A DNA stretch of 61,747 nucleotides, counting the filler, from Ministeria vibrans ATCC 50519 (lineage: Eukaryota; Protista; Filasterea): the NCBI GenBank assembly GCA_943704425.1. It is 6 parts of 6 records of this genome, joined end to end, with 100 filler letters (N's around TTAATTAATTAA, not from the genome) between each part and the next. Parts side by side here need not be neighbours in the genome. Positions count along the whole stretch, not along the records: positions 1 to 2,335 come from CALSCP010000704.1; positions 2,436 to 14,390 come from CALSCP010002384.1; positions 14,491 to 31,894 come from CALSCP010002383.1; 3 more parts are not named here. One strand, 5' to 3'. The notes beneath the pieces were generated by a model. The model did not search any database, was not told the DNA's origin, and saw only the letters and a list, made by a program, of their open reading frames with translations. The position numbers and the translations under genes were made by a program. The first letter of the stretch is position 1; every line of letters starts with the position of its first letter. Positions 1 to 14,749 of this stretch are shown one piece after another.

Positions 1-1597
1 GGGGGGGGGGGGTAAAGAGAGAAAAGAGAGAAGAAAAATAATACTAACCTGCACGAACACGCTGCCACGCAAGAATCGACTCAGGCACAACTTGCTTGTA
101 GAGAGATGCTACAGTGGTGCCAAACAAGACACAAGAAGGGTTATGGCAGAAACAGTAAGAACGAGATATAGAGAGAGACTGATGGAGGAGGGAGAAAGAA
201 AACAAAGTGATAGAGAGCGGAGAAAAAAGTGACATAAGAAAACAAAAAAGAGAGACTCACCATTAAAGACATTGTTCGTCGTCTGAAGCATGACCAGACC
301 GGTGTCGGGCATGAGATAGAAGTCGTCGAGTGACTCGAGGTAGCCAGGGTACGACGAGAAAGACATGTGGCGAGACGCTATATGCGAGAGAGAAAAATAA
401 TAAAAGAAGACGGCTGAGTCAGACGGCTGGTGCCTTTCAGCGTGTTGCTGCTCCTAGGGCGTGCTCACATTTGCTCACACACTAAATTAATAAATGAGTT
501 TCCCACCTGTGGTTTCGTCGCTAAGTTCAAAGTTGTACGTCTTGTAGATGCGCATAGTCGCCTGAGAAAACAGAAATTGTTCGGTCAGTGAGCTGACGAT
601 GCGAACACAATTTCTTACTTGGAAAATGAACCAACTCGAGTGGGAAAAGTAGAGCTCGGAGTAGTCGGGCGACACCTGACAAAAAAAAAGAGTCAGAAGC
701 ACGATGGTGATAAGTAGCACAATACCTTCACAAGAGCACTGCAGTGACCACTGCGGCTCACATAGGCACGCGCCTCACTCTTGTTCATGCGGTTGTAGTC
801 CTACAAAAGAGTACATGACGACACACACACGCTTGCCTCCCCGCTGGGCTGCTCGCGTACCAGATTGTACTTTTCGGGCTCGATGACGTGTGTGAGATCG
901 AGAAGATCGCCAAAGCCATTGAGGACGGTAAAAGCAAACGCGTCAAGTGCCTGTCCCTCCTTGTGCACCGCCGTGTAGCCTACGCCCCATGCGTCAAACA
1001 GCGGATCATCTTACAAATGCCGTACCTGCGGCCAGACCGTCAAGCTGGGCGTTGACGTAGCCAATGTGGCGCCAGCGACCGGAGTTTGGGTTGGCGGCAA
1101 CTTGCGAGTCAACCCACGCGCGTTGTTGGGCGAACCACTGACGGTAGGGGGTCGTCGACGCCTCGTCGGTGAACACATACGAGTATGTGTTGTTGTACAT
1201 CTGCCAGATGCGCTCGGCCGTCTGCAAAAAGGGAAGGGGATCAGTGGATGACACCGATCCAGCGGATGAGCGCACCAGAACGCCCTCGACAAAACCCGCC
1301 GCGTACATCTGCGTACGGTCGTCGTTCTCCTTGTTCGTGCGCACGTCCAGCTTGACCCATCCAGTTTCCAGGAGGGTGTCGTTGACGCGGCCCCACGCGA
1401 CGCCCTTGTGGTCCATAACACCCGTCTGAGCAAAGGCAAAGGTGATCATCCAAAATGTTGCAGTGGTGTCGTCTCACCTTGAAAGTGTATGATTTGCGCG
1501 CCATATCATAGTAGACGGTGACCGAATCGCTCGACGCAGCATTTGCCAGCGACGCAACGGTAGCTAAGCACGCGAGGAGCGAGAGAGAGTTCATCAT
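1..1597 (-). CDS. Phospholipase B-like (Ntn-hydrolase, PLBD family), multi-exon; 3' part runs off the window
   Basis: Signal peptide [21 protein letters not shown]; TGWVKLDV...YAAGFVEG; SGHCSALV nucleophile motif (~730-755); [10 protein letters not shown]; [17 protein letters not shown]...TTNNVFN; GT-AG introns. Confidence 0.9.
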
Positions 1598-1768
1598 AAA
1601 AATAATAATTATTATTGTGGTTTGCCATTATAATTTATTTTCAGTCATGAGTCAACTACGATCTGAAGGAATGAGATTAATGAGTCACAAGTGTACTGTG
1701 GAGGGCTCCAGTCAGACCAGTCTTCACTTTAATTGTTAAATACTTGGAGATACGGCTATTGCACTGGC

Positions 1769-1953
1769 ATGGACGTGTCTGTGGAGTGTGCGATCTGCAC
1801 TGAGCTTGTCGTTGACAATCGGCAATGCCCCCAATGCCAACACCTCTTCTGCGCCGCCTGCATTCGACGCTGGGTCCAGAGCCATGCGCAGCTGGTGCTG
1901 CCATTGCCCACCTGCCCCACCTGCCGTGCTCCAGTAGCCCTTCATGAGTTTAC
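1769..1953 (+). CDS. C3HC4 RING-finger protein, first exon only (remainder presumably lost in gap 2336-2435)
   Basis: CAIC-x9-CPQCQHLFCAAC-x17-CPTC, followed by a GTAAGA donor at 1954. Confidence 0.75.
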
Positions 1954-2286
1954 GTAAGAGGTTTGCGTTTTCTCGATGTCACCCAGCCAGTGGGGGCAAA
2001 CAAGGCAACCCGCTGCTTTGTGGACCTGCCGCCGCCGCCCCAGCAGCCCCGATCCCCTATCCATACGCGTCGTGGGCCGTTGGAAGTATTAGTGCATGTG
2101 GATTTTCCTCACAAGTTCAAGTTGTCACCCACTTTTTCTTATTTTGCTGTGCCACTCACTTCCCCCTTGTCGATTGACGCGCTCCCTGCTACCGTCAGTC
2201 CACTTGAGCAACCTTCTTGATGGCTGTCGCCGGTTGGTCGTCTCTCCAATCTACTAACCGTCTCTCTCTCTCTCTCTCTATCACTT

Positions 2287-2335
<49 letters not shown>

Positions 2336-2435
2336 NNNNNNNNNNNNNNNNNNNNNNNNNNNNNNNNNNNNNNNNNNNNTTAATTAATTAANNNNNNNNN
2401 NNNNNNNNNNNNNNNNNNNNNNNNNNNNNNNNNNN
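2336..2435. other. Scaffold gap with artificial TTAATTAATTAA linker (same at 14391-14490, 31895-31994, 34401-34500, 46508-46607)
   Basis: Identical 44N + 12 nt + 44N layout five times; the linker gives stops in all six frames; neighbouring genes are truncated. Confidence 0.95.
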
Positions 2436-2652
2436 AAAAAAAAAAAAAAAAAAAAAAAAAAAACGACATGTCATCTCTATCACTCTGTTATTTTCTCCTT
2501 CAGCATATTTGATTCTTTCTCCCTCCTCATATATCTCTCTCTTCCTCTCTCTCTATCACTTTGTTTCTTTCTCCCTCCTCTCTCTCTATCACTTTGTTTC
2601 TTTCTCCCTCCTCTCCCTCTCGCTCACTCTATCATGTTTTTCCGCTTCGCAC

Positions 2653-4464
2653 CTGCTGGACGTGGAGGCCATAAATGTTGTGGACGTCGCGATGCTCGTA
2701 GGCACCTTGGAGATGCTGTGCGTCCTTGTGCATGGTGATCTCAGGCCCACTAAAGACACTGGGTTCGTTCATGTCGTTCCACGTGTAGAGAAACTCAGTG
2801 GATCCACTGTAGGTGTCGAGAGCAAAGCGACTGGCCCACCAGGCACGTGCGTCGCTGCTGAGAAAGTCAACCCACGACGAGCTGCCGGGCCAACAGTGGC
2901 CGTCGTAGTCGACGCCGTCCTTGTTCTTGACGTAGTGGCCCAGCTGTGTCGCGCCGGTGTGTACTGCGTACCCTCCGTCCCGCTTGATGTGCGGATCCAC
3001 AATCGTCACCATCTTGCGACCCTTGGCTGCGAGTGCCAGTTGCATCTGCTTTGGGTTGGGAAACTTGAGTGGGTCCCAGGTGAACCACTTCTTCGAGTCC
3101 GAATGCTCAATGTCGAGCCAGAGCACATCAAATGGAATGTCGGCATCGTCCATCTTGGCGTCCACCATGGCCACGTCCGCCTCGTTGTTGTAGTTCCAAC
3201 GACACTGGTGGTAGGCAATGGCAAACAGCGGCGGCATTGCAGGCAGTCCCGTCACACTTGCGTACTGCGCAAGCACACGCGCTGTGCTCTCCTGCGCCGA
3301 CGCCCCTCCGCCCAACAGCACAAACATGTCGAGTGCACCCGACTCGCTGAACCAGTGCGTTCGCTCTCCTCCCTCCACCACATCAACAAAGGTCTCGGCC
3401 GCATTGTGCCAGTAGAAGCCTACGGTGCGCCCCGACGCAGCGTGGGCCAGCATAAAGGGAATCGACCCGTACAGCGCCATTTCGTTGTTGAGCTCGTACT
3501 CAAACACATCGAGATTGTACAGACGGAAGGGGTCCGAAATGGCCGTGCCGTCTGCATGGCGTGTCGCACGCAGCGCCATACTTGTCGCGTGCTGCGGGAT
3601 GCCGTATAGTGCAGCAGCGCCCGCAAACCGCACGTCTACTCCGAGCGACGCGGGTCCGTACGGCTTGCTGTCGCTGTGCGTCTTGAACATCTCATTCCAG
3701 TCTCCGTCCGCTGCGTCCTCTCCCTTGGCACGGTGCGGCTCATAGTACAGCTTACCGCCCTCGTTGATGGTCAACACTGTCTCCGAGTCATGTGCAAACT
3801 CGAAGCGCAGCGGCGAGTACGTAATCGTCATAGTCTAATATAGCAAAAGCACAACAAAAAAAAAAGAACCGACGTGAATGATTAAGATGTTGGAGAAAAT
3901 GATTAAGAATGAACACGAAAGAGAGTTAAAAGGCAAAGGCCATCATGAGGGTGACAATGGGGCCAGGCGTGGCCAAATGGCATCGAGTGTTACCTGCTGG
4001 CGACCCACACGAAATGTCGCTGTGTTCGCATCACGACGGATCTCGGTAATAGACGAGCGGTCGTACGCGACGAGCGCCTCGTTGGGTGTAAAGCGGGGGC
4101 GAGGTGCATTCTGTTCGGTGTAGCGGATGCGCACGATGCCATCGCCGTCGCTGGAGCGTCCGTTGACGACCGTTTGGACCAGCGCGATCGGTTCGACCGT
4201 CATGGTGAAGACGGCAGAGGTGCGCGCGTCCGAAACGGTCGCCGTGAGCAGTGTACCTTGAGCATCGGCTGTGAGGGTCGACGCATCCAGGCTGAACTGT
4301 GCCGAGTGGTCGGTCAGCGCTCGATTGCGTCTACAACACGAAAAAATGCGCATGAGAATAGTGTTGGGTCGGTCGAGATGCGCTGAGACGGGATGGATGA
4401 TGAGAAGACAAGGGCAGCGGGGCCATGGGATTGAGGAGAGACCGAGAGAGATAGAGAGACGGAA

Positions 4465-4495
<31 letters not shown>

Positions 4496-4629
4496 ATGGA
4501 GACACCCTTTCCACGTCACCTGCAAAAACTGGCCTGATCGCATTTGCGGAAGTTGTTCCGGTCGACAGCATGCACGGCAGTCGAGGCTATTAGCACGACG
4601 AGAAGTGTCGCGCAAAACCACAGTCGCAT
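2653..4629 (-). CDS. GANAB: ER glucosidase II alpha subunit (GH31), 5' exons; 3' part truncated at gap
   Basis: Signal peptide MRLWFCATLLVVLIASTAVHA then VDRNNFRKCDQASFCRRNR; RLYNLDVFEYE; YHQCRWNY; WLDIEH; catalytic WNDMNEPSVF; EHRDVHNIYG. Confidence 0.93.
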
Positions 4630-5007
4630 AGTGTGATCAACAAAAATGATTGGAACTGGAAATTTCAAACTAGTAATGATGATTAAGAATGAATGTTCCT
4701 ACTGATTGTATATACACCCGGTTTGGCCAACGTGCCACAAAAGAATTATAAAAGTTGTTCAGTAGCCGAAGTAGATGATGAAAATGCCTTCTGGCGAAAG
4801 GTTGTTTTTTAAGCCAAAAAAAGAGACGCCACCAAAACGTCAAGAGGGAGTGGGTAGCCAAAGACAATGGATTTCGACAGGTTGGCGGATGGCCATGCAA
4901 GTGACGCGATAGACCCCAGATCGCTATTTATTTTATACTTATATTAGGAAGAACGTACAAGTCGCCATTGATTGAATTGTTTTGTTTCACAGTTATTTTG
5001 GGGTGTA

Positions 5008-6451
<1,444 letters not shown>

Positions 6452-6573
6452 GATGTTATATATATGTATAGGAAGATTGAATAAAAATTGGTTTTTTTTA
6501 ATTTTGGTTTACTCTTCTTCGAGTAGTTCTTTCACGTTCTTTCACACATAATTTTTCACTCCGACTTGTCAAC

Positions 6574-6909
6574 ATGGTACACCAGTGCTCTTGTAAGATC
6601 GGACCCTCTGTGTTGGCCAGCGATCTGAGTTGTCTTGCCGATGAGTCGAAGAAGGTCATGGATGCGGGTGCAGACTACTTGCATTTGGACGTGATGGATG
6701 GGTAGGCGAAAGCGGACGCTCGCTGCTCTACCAAACACCATTCCCTTAGACATTTTGTGCCCAACATCACCATGGGCGCACCCATCATCAAGTGCTTGCG
6801 AAAACACACCCAGGCGTTCTTCGGTGAGGACTCGTGTGTCTGTTGTGCTGCTCAACTCATCCAATCTTATTGTCATCCTTGCACCCACACAAAACACACA
6901 TACACCCTG

Positions 6910-7004
<95 letters not shown>

Positions 7005-7713
7005 CACACACACACACACACAGACTGCCATATGATGGTGGCCAAGCCTGAACAGGTACATTGAACAGGGGCAACCATGTATGAAATGAAGCTCACTCTT
7101 GCTGACCTGTCTAGTGGGTGTCGGACATTGCGGACGCAGGCGCAGATCAGTTTACGTTTCATCTTGAGTCTACAGGTATGAATTATGACATTGTACATCG
7201 ACCAACCACTCAACCCATGGAACGTATATGTACATGTATGTGTGTGTTACATTTGTGTATGTGTGTTTTGCAGAAGACCCCGGGGCGCTGATCAAGCAGA
7301 TCCGCAGCGCGGGGATGAAGGTGGGGTGTGCCATCAAGCCCGGCACTCCCGTCGAGGCCCTTGCTCCCTGGGCCGATCTCGTCGACATGCTGCTCGTCAT
7401 GACCGTCGAGCCTGGTACTACTTTCACGCGCTGTTCCCACGCCACAACCCTTCTGTTTGTGCATGTAGGGTTCGGAGGACAGTCGTTTATGGGCGATATG
7501 ATGCCCAAAGTGGCGTGGCTGCGCGAGCGGTACCCCGCCCGTGACATTGAGGTCGACGGAGGACTGTCCGAGGCGACCATCGACGCAGCAGCCGCAGCAG
7601 GCGCGAATATGATTGTTGCGGGGAGTTCTGTGTTCCGTAGTGACGATCCCGCTCGTGTCATACGCGCATTGCGCTCGTCAGTCGAGCGTCTGGGGAATGG
7701 CAACACCACTTAG
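6574..7713 (+). CDS. RPE: Ribulose-5-phosphate 3-epimerase, multi-exon
   Basis: [19 protein letters not shown]|[24 protein letters not shown]|[22 protein letters not shown]. Confidence 0.95.
6911..7022. repeat. (CA)n microsatellite in an RPE intron; comparable (GA)n/(CT)n tracts at ~2260-2335, 5097-5195, 15105-15303, 19395-19495, 34502-34610, 37920-38035, 41580-41730, 54990-55230
   Basis: Direct reading of the sequence. Confidence 0.95.
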
Positions 7714-7844
7714 CATGCGATACGGTGTTCTCATTACATAAGTATATTAATTGTTTCTTTTGAATGGACAAACGCACTAAAAGACTCAGAAAAACTAATG
7801 AAATAAAATGGTACAATGATGAAAACACCGCTCCTCTCACACTC

Positions 7845-8562
7845 TCATTTCGCCTTGGCTGTCCGTCGCGCCCGCTTGGAAGGTCGCGAATCAGCCTTGG
7901 CGGCATCACCGGCGGCTTCGACAAGCGTGTCGAGGTTTGTGGTTGCCGTTGTGGCGGGTTTGGCAAGGTCGCTGCCCTTGGAAAACGTCCTGGCCGCCGA
8001 TGCGGGTCCTGGGCTGAATACGCCTCTTCTCGCAAGCATTGCGCGCAGTGCTGACTGTGTGGTGGCGCTGACGGGCGGCGTCTGCACCATGTACTGTTCC
8101 GAATCGCCAAGGTCGTTGTCCTCGTCGCCCGACTCGTCTGCGTCGCTCGCCACCACGTCAATCTGCTCGTCTCTACACACACACACGCCACCGTACCGGT
8201 CAGTCAATCGCCCCATGCACCCGGTGCCAGTGTCGCCCGGAGTCTCTTACTGTTGAATTTCGAGCTGCGCAACCGTCCAACGAAAGTTCAAAGAAGAAAA
8301 AAAAAAGGAGCGACAGAATGAGAGGAAGAACATAAAGGAGAGCAGGTGAGAGACGAGGGGCGTTGGAGACAACAAACAAGATCGCACATTGGGGTCGCAG
8401 GCGGCAGAGGGGAGGGGAGGCGGGGTCCACAGAAGCGGGACGGGCAAGGCAAAACAGCCGACGTTGGCGTACGGGGGGAAGATCGGGCCGAGGACGCTTT
8501 CGCGTGGGCTTTGCGGCCGCTGCCTTGGGTCCACTGTGAGGGCTTGCTCGTTTGGGTGGCAT
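7845..8562 (-). CDS. Small disordered, probably nuclear protein (~144 aa), 3 exons including a 14-nt micro-exon (8251-8264)
   Basis: In-frame GT-AG splicing gives MPPKRASPH...RKRPRPDLPP-LEIQQ-DEQIDVVASD...LDTLVEAA...SKRARRTAKAK*; basic clusters at both ends. Confidence 0.6.
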
Positions 8563-8977
8563 CCGTGAATAAAAAAAGGGTAAGGAAAATCAAATTATCA
8601 AAAGAGATAAACAATGAGTTGATAATAATTGCGGTCTGAACGTTTTTACTCCATAAGAAATCATCCTTGTGAATTGTGTTGGCATACGCGCACACAAATC
8701 CCATGAATAACATGATTGTCGATCAACTTACTCAATACTCGCTGGCAGTTTGTTAAAGGAAAAATGGAGGTCGATTGAATTTGTAAACCAAAACCAATAA
8801 ATGTTAAATACAATATCAGTACGAGGGCGTAAGCCACACTAAATAAATGCTTGATCCCTAAATCATTTGCACAAATGTCCCTTACTAACTCGCGCACACT
8901 ATACTGGAAAATAATCGCCAATAATAATAATATTAATAATTTATTCTTGTACAATCGTTTTCGCAGTCAAAAAGGTA

Positions 8978-11900
8978 TCATTGCTTCTTGCGACGAGCAA
9001 AGAGACCGCGCAAAGAGCGACGGGACGGACTCGGGTCAAACGTAGGCATGGACGCCGTCGAGGGCGTCTCGGAAAAGGTCGTGTCGCGCTCCAGCTCATA
9101 CTCAAGACCTAATCACCGAACAAACAAACAACAAGGCAACTGTCAGTGAGTGCATCCACTCTTTTTTTTTTCTTCTTTGACAACAAAAGTGAACCCATCT
9201 TTACCGAGAGATGTTTCTGCGGCCCGAGAGCGTGGAGGAGGGGAACGGATGGTGGAGGCCACGGCAGAGGTCATGGGAAGGACTCGGCCAACGGGCGCAG
9301 TCGGGTCGGTGCGACGCGGCGGACGCACAATGTTCTGGTCGAGGCCACGGTGCGCAAGGGGCGGGCTCGACGACGCGGTCGATGCGGGCACTGAGTTGTC
9401 CTCGGTGAAAGCCACCGGGTCCGCTGATTGGCCAACGGTCGCAATGAGCTCGCGTGAGAAGCGCAGGTGGGGATAGCCAAAGCGCAAGTAGCGGGAAAGA
9501 CTGCGCGGGGAATACGCTGAGGCGGGCTTGGGCAATGTCGAGACGTCAAAATTTGCCGGCCGCGCGTCGGTGAGCGTCGGAGGGAGCGAGCGACGACGAC
9601 TCGCGGCCGAGCGGGACGATGAAGTCCGCACATTACTGAGCACACTGGTCGGGTCATCGAGGGACAAGTTGCGGCGCATTGGCAAGTGTGATTGTGATTG
9701 CTCGTCTGACGGTAATTGACCGTCCAGCGGCATGCTGGTGAGACCAATGGTGGTCGTGTGTCGATCTGGCTCGTGTTCGTGGTCGTACATGCTACTCTGA
9801 ACAATGAGTGAGCTGGGGCGACGGGCCGGGCGCACGGGCGTTGGCACACCACTGCCCGTGGACGACACTGAGTCGCCTCGCGGACGCTCCACTGTCCCGT
9901 CCGTCGCAGGGGAGGCTACAGGTGCGGGAGCGAGAGTAGAATCGGGAGTAGGGACGCCAGCAGTGAGTTCTGCATCAGGCGCGTCTGCGGCCACCGCTTG
10001 AATGCCAAACGACTCCCCTTCCACGGACGCAGTGCTGTCCAGTGCCAGTCCACTGCCCGCCGCACGCACACACTGCATCCGGAAGTTTCGACGGAGCGCC
10101 TCCATGCGACGCAGCGACTCGTCTTGGCGCACTTGTACTGCCTCCAACGACTCGCCCGGCACGCCCTGACCCTCGTCGTCTTCCTCTTCATCATCTTCTT
10201 CTTCGCCTTCGTCTCCCTCAAACGGCCCCTCAATGCGTCGTATGTTGTGCGCCGCCGCCACCACCACCGCCGGCTCATTGAGATCGTTGAGAGAATCGCC
10301 CAGCGACGATACTGAGCCAGCAACAGCGGAGGCATAAGGTGGCGGTCGAGGCTGCCGCTGCTGTTGCTGTTGTTGCGAAGGGGAGGTTGAAGTGCCCACG
10401 GGCGACACAGACAGGTCGTTGTGTGAGCGAGCGCGCGAGGGCAATAGATCCGACTGTGGCTGCAACTGTGACGGTGTGAGCTCAGGGGCGTCCAAAGACG
10501 CTCTCTTGTGCGGCGACGTGTGTCGTCGAGGAGGCAACTCGTCCTCCAACGGTTGCGCTCGGGTGCTTTCGCTGCGTCGACGGTGGTGACGACGACGCGG
10601 CGACGTGTACGAAGTGGGTTCCGGCGCAATGGGCTGTGGTGGTGTTGCGTGTGTGTTGAGGGGCGATTTGATCGACGCGGGGCTTCCGCCAGCACTCGCA
10701 GCGTAGCGACGACGTTGTCGGCTTGCACGACGTTCGGCGCGCGCCTGAGCGTGCAGTTCGGGGTCACCAAAGACGGTGATGTCACGTCGCAGATTGCCAA
10801 GCACTCCATACATAAACATCACATCGTCCTTTTCGCGCTGCTTCTGCTGACGTCGTCGCGACGAGTGGTTTTGCGGTGTCGACGAAGCCGAGCGCACCTC
10901 TCTTGCCGAAAGATGCTCACGCTCCGCGAGTCGCTTGCGCTCTTCCGCTGCCGCTTGTGCCAGAGCCAGTCGCTCCGCCGCCATTTCCACCTCACGTGCC
11001 GCCTCGGCCGCAATTTGTTCTGCCTCCTTTTGCGCCGTCTGACGTTTGGTCACCTCTGCTTCGCTCTCCAACAGCGCCTGTCGCTTTCGTTCTTGCTCCA
11101 CTCGAAATGCTTCCGAGCGCTCTGCCTCCATCGCAGTGCGTCGTGCCGTACTCTCGGCCGCTGATCGTTCAGACTCAGCCAGCGCCGCCTCCATCCGTGC
11201 CGCAGCCTGTCGCACCGCCTCCACACGAGCTGCCTCCACACGAGCTGCCTCCACACGAGCTGCCTCCACTCGAGCTGCCTCCGCTTCTGCTGCGGTAATT
11301 GCTGCTGCTTCTGCTGCTGCTGCTGCTGCCTCTTGTGCGACACGATCCGCCTCAGCGGCAGCGGCTACCTCTTCTTGTCGTCGTTCCTCAACAACACGCG
11401 CTGCCTCCGCTTCGTCTTCCCGCTGCTGTTGTGCAAGTCGAGCTGCTTCCGCCTCTGCTGCGGCGGCAGTCATTTTATTTGCATCGACAGACTCTACCTC
11501 CTTTGCCGACGACAAAATCTCTTCTTCTTCTTGCACCACCTCGAACGGCACCAGTGAAGCTGTAGCCTCCCCACCTATCCCATTCGCTTTGCCCTCCCGA
11601 TTGTTCTTCCCATCCTTTTCAACGCGCCCCTCCTCCTCCTCCTCCTCCTCCCCCGTGTTGTCGTCGTCGTTGTCTGTGACCAGCACGAGCTCTTCGACGG
11701 CCTCAAACGAGTCAAAAGCAGGGCGCTTGGCGGGTCGCGCCGGAGGCACTGCAGCAGCAACCACAGGGACAATCACTTCGTCCGAGTAGTCTTCCATGGT
11801 GATCGTAGCGGCCAAAGGCGACGATGCAGCGCGCCCACTTGGTGGTTGCGTGACGTCCGTCTCCTGATTCTCATCAGAGAGTTCCGCAAGCGATACCATT

Positions 11901-12733
11901 GAGACGGCAGAGGGCGATTTCTCACCAACAGGCGCAAACGAGCTCACCACAGACAGCAGTGTGACAGGAGCAGTTGACTCGGTCGCTGCTGCATCGATGA
12001 CGTCATCGTCGTCGTCGTTGTCGTTATCGTCGATTTCTAGTGCACTGCTATCCTGTTCTTCTTCCTCCTCCTCCTCCTCCTCAACACCACTTTTCTTTCG
12101 TTCTTCTGCTTCATCATCATCGTCGTTTCCCAACTCCATTCTCCTTTGCAAATCCCGCTCAAGCCTGGCAACAAGCTCATCGTGTTCCTCGCGCGACACC
12201 CGCTTCGACGACGACCGACGTGTGTCCATCATAGCCTCCGTGTCACCAAACTCTACAAACTCCAGCGAGTCGTCCGAGGTCATTCCGTCAACATGGAAAT
12301 CATCTTCAGACTGGCTGTGTGTCGCCTCTTTTCTCGCCCCTTCCTCCTCCTTGCTCTCTTCTTCTTCTTCTTTCTTGTCCACATCCTGATGCTTTTGTGA
12401 TGCTACTTGCACGCTCTTCGTGGCCATTCCTGCTCGCTTCTACGCAAATAAAAAGAAACACAAGACACATTTAAAAACCGACCACGAAGCAATACAACAC
12501 TCAAAAGTACCAATCGAACGTCTTCGTCAAAGTCGGAGAGTGCAGCAAGATCAGGAGGAGCAACGCGCAGCATGGAGACAGGCGGGGTACTGGTGGTCGC
12601 GGGCGGGGCGCGCTTGTGCTTCACTGCCCCAGGCTTGGGCATTGTCTTCTTGCCCGCAAACAGTCCCACGGCGAACGAGTCTTCAAAGCCCGCATCTTCC
12701 TCATCCGACTCGGTCTCCGTCTCTTCTTCTTCT

Positions 12734-12769
<36 letters not shown>

Positions 12770-13549
12770 TAAACCTCTTCGCCGTGGTGCACTTCCTCTT
12801 CCGGTTCACTGTCCGTCAGGCGTGCCACCATCGGCGGTTTGCGTCGCACAGGCATCGACATGGCGCCGTCATTGTCATCGTAGTCACCGTCGTCCATGGC
12901 AAACGCATCACTGTTTGAATCCTCTTCCTCCGAATCTTCCTCCTCCGCGTCGTCGTCCGCAGTCTGTAACGCCCGCGACAACGAACCCATGCCACCACCA
13001 CCACCACCACCAGAAACAGGCTTCGATTTGGATGAAAGGGGCTTCATGGTGGCGGCGGGAGGAGTGAGAGTGCGTGTGGTGCGTCCCTTTTGAGGCGGCT
13101 GTGTAGAGCTGGTGTTCGTCGTAGTATTGGTGGGGGTAATGCGCGCTGGTGCTAGACGCCGTCCGGAAGCCAATGTGGACAGACCTGCAAAAAGTTCGTC
13201 CTGATCCGACCCGTCCAGTGCATTTTCGTCTGTCTCATCACCATCGTCGTCGTCGTCCTCCTCCTCCCCCTCCCCCTCATCGTCCTTGCCGTGACCCTCT
13301 TCATGTCTCTCGACATCGATGTTGTCTTCGTCGTTGTCACGCGTCCTCCTTTGAGGACGCTTACCAATGGCCGCGCTGGTGTCACGATTGGGGTCTTCGT
13401 CATCGTCGTCGTTGCCCTGATACTCGTCGTCTTCGTCGTCTTCGTTGCCGTTCGTTGGCTTGCGCGTTTCCTTCTTTTTGACTGCCCCGTGTCCGTTGGT
13501 CGTATGACCGGGTCGCATGCGCTGCAGCGCTGCAAAGTCGCCAAGCAAA

Positions 13550-13580
<31 letters not shown>

Positions 13581-14598
13581 CATAACGCTTCCCTCGATCG
13601 GCAGACGTCTGCGAGAGTGTGCGTGCTACCGACTCGGCAATCATCTTGGCCTTGCTCTCGTACTCGGCAATCTCCTCCTCGTTCATGTCCACAAAGGGAT
13701 CCTAGGATAAAAGAGAAAAAGAGGCAATGCGTATGAGAGACGTACAGATGAAGCGTTCTCGTACTGGCCGCGATCTGAATTGGAGGGTCTGACTGACGAG
13801 GAGCGACTCATCGCGACACTCGTCACACACAAGTTCGTGTGCTTCGTTCTCGCTGAGCATCTCGCGCTTGCACTTGCCACAGCACACAAGGTAGCATATA
13901 GAACAGACGCGAGGTTTGCCGCGCAGCAGACCCGTCATTTTGCCGCTGCACACGTCGCACGGACCCGTCTTGAGACGCTCCAACTGCTGCGTCTGGTGGT
14001 CGCGGCATTCGCGACAAATGGCCTCGCCGCTCTCGCTCCAGAACATGTTCTCACGCTTACACAGCCCACAAAAGGTGACAAAGCAGTAGCGACACATGCG
14101 CGTCGCCCCCAACGCCTGGCGTTCGAGTTTACCGCATTCCGAACACCGCGGTCCAAAGTTGGCCTTGCGACGCACTCGCTGCAGCGCCTGCGTCGGCACC
14201 TCATCCTCCTCGGGGATGTCACACAGCGGCACCGGATCAAAATTGATCATCGCTACCTAAGCGCACCGACCCATGGTTCCGTTGGCGAAGGGTGAGTGAA
14301 CGACCAGAGAAGAACGTCCCTTTTTTAGTCGGCTATGCGGTTCGCTGGAACGTCGAGTGCTCGTCCAAGACCCGCATCAAGTACATGACGNNNNNNNNNN
14401 NNNNNNNNNNNNNNNNNNNNNNNNNNNNNNNNNNTTAATTAATTAANNNNNNNNNNNNNNNNNNNNNNNNNNNNNNNNNNNNNNNNNNNNGATTAGCTAT
14501 TTGACTGTGTTATTTTGCCTACCAGGTAACTGAAGGAATTTGAATTCTCGCTCTTGATCCGACTTGGTCCATTTCATTCTCAAAGAAACGTCACCCAT
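8978..14598 (-). CDS. Large (~1700 aa) protein with two N-terminal FYVE-like Cys8 zinc fingers and a long acidic/coiled-coil/Ser-Pro-rich region; 5' end interrupted by gap 14391-14490
   Basis: ORFs 13702-14250, 12403-13692 and 9143-12427 join in frame through GT-AG introns; last exon ends RRSLRGLFARRKKQ* (TGA at 8978-8980); tentative first exon MGDVSLRMKW... from 14598. Confidence 0.7.
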
Positions 14599-14749
14599 TC
14601 GACTCCAAAACCCTGCTACCCGGTGTGTACCGCAAGCAACCGGCACCTTGTCAAGTCTTGCAAAACTGTCGCACTCACTGGCTTCAGACGAATTAACAAA
14701 TTAATTATAATTATGACGTTCTTATTATTATAATTATTCACGGCAGCGA

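Noticed and set aside
2380-2391. TTAATTAATTAA palindrome repeated five times in the window
   Set aside because: Always centred in 44N+12+44N; an artificial scaffolding linker, not biological
2509-3609. Long antisense or alternative-frame ORFs (also 10508-11789, 16340-17194, 28146-29075, 56682-57656, 58798-59700)
   Set aside because: Shadows of GC-rich real genes on the opposite strand with no recognisable motifs
9143-9200. KKKSGCTH* as a prenylation-like C-terminus
   Set aside because: Lies in a GT-AG intron; the spliced terminus is RRKKQ* at 8978
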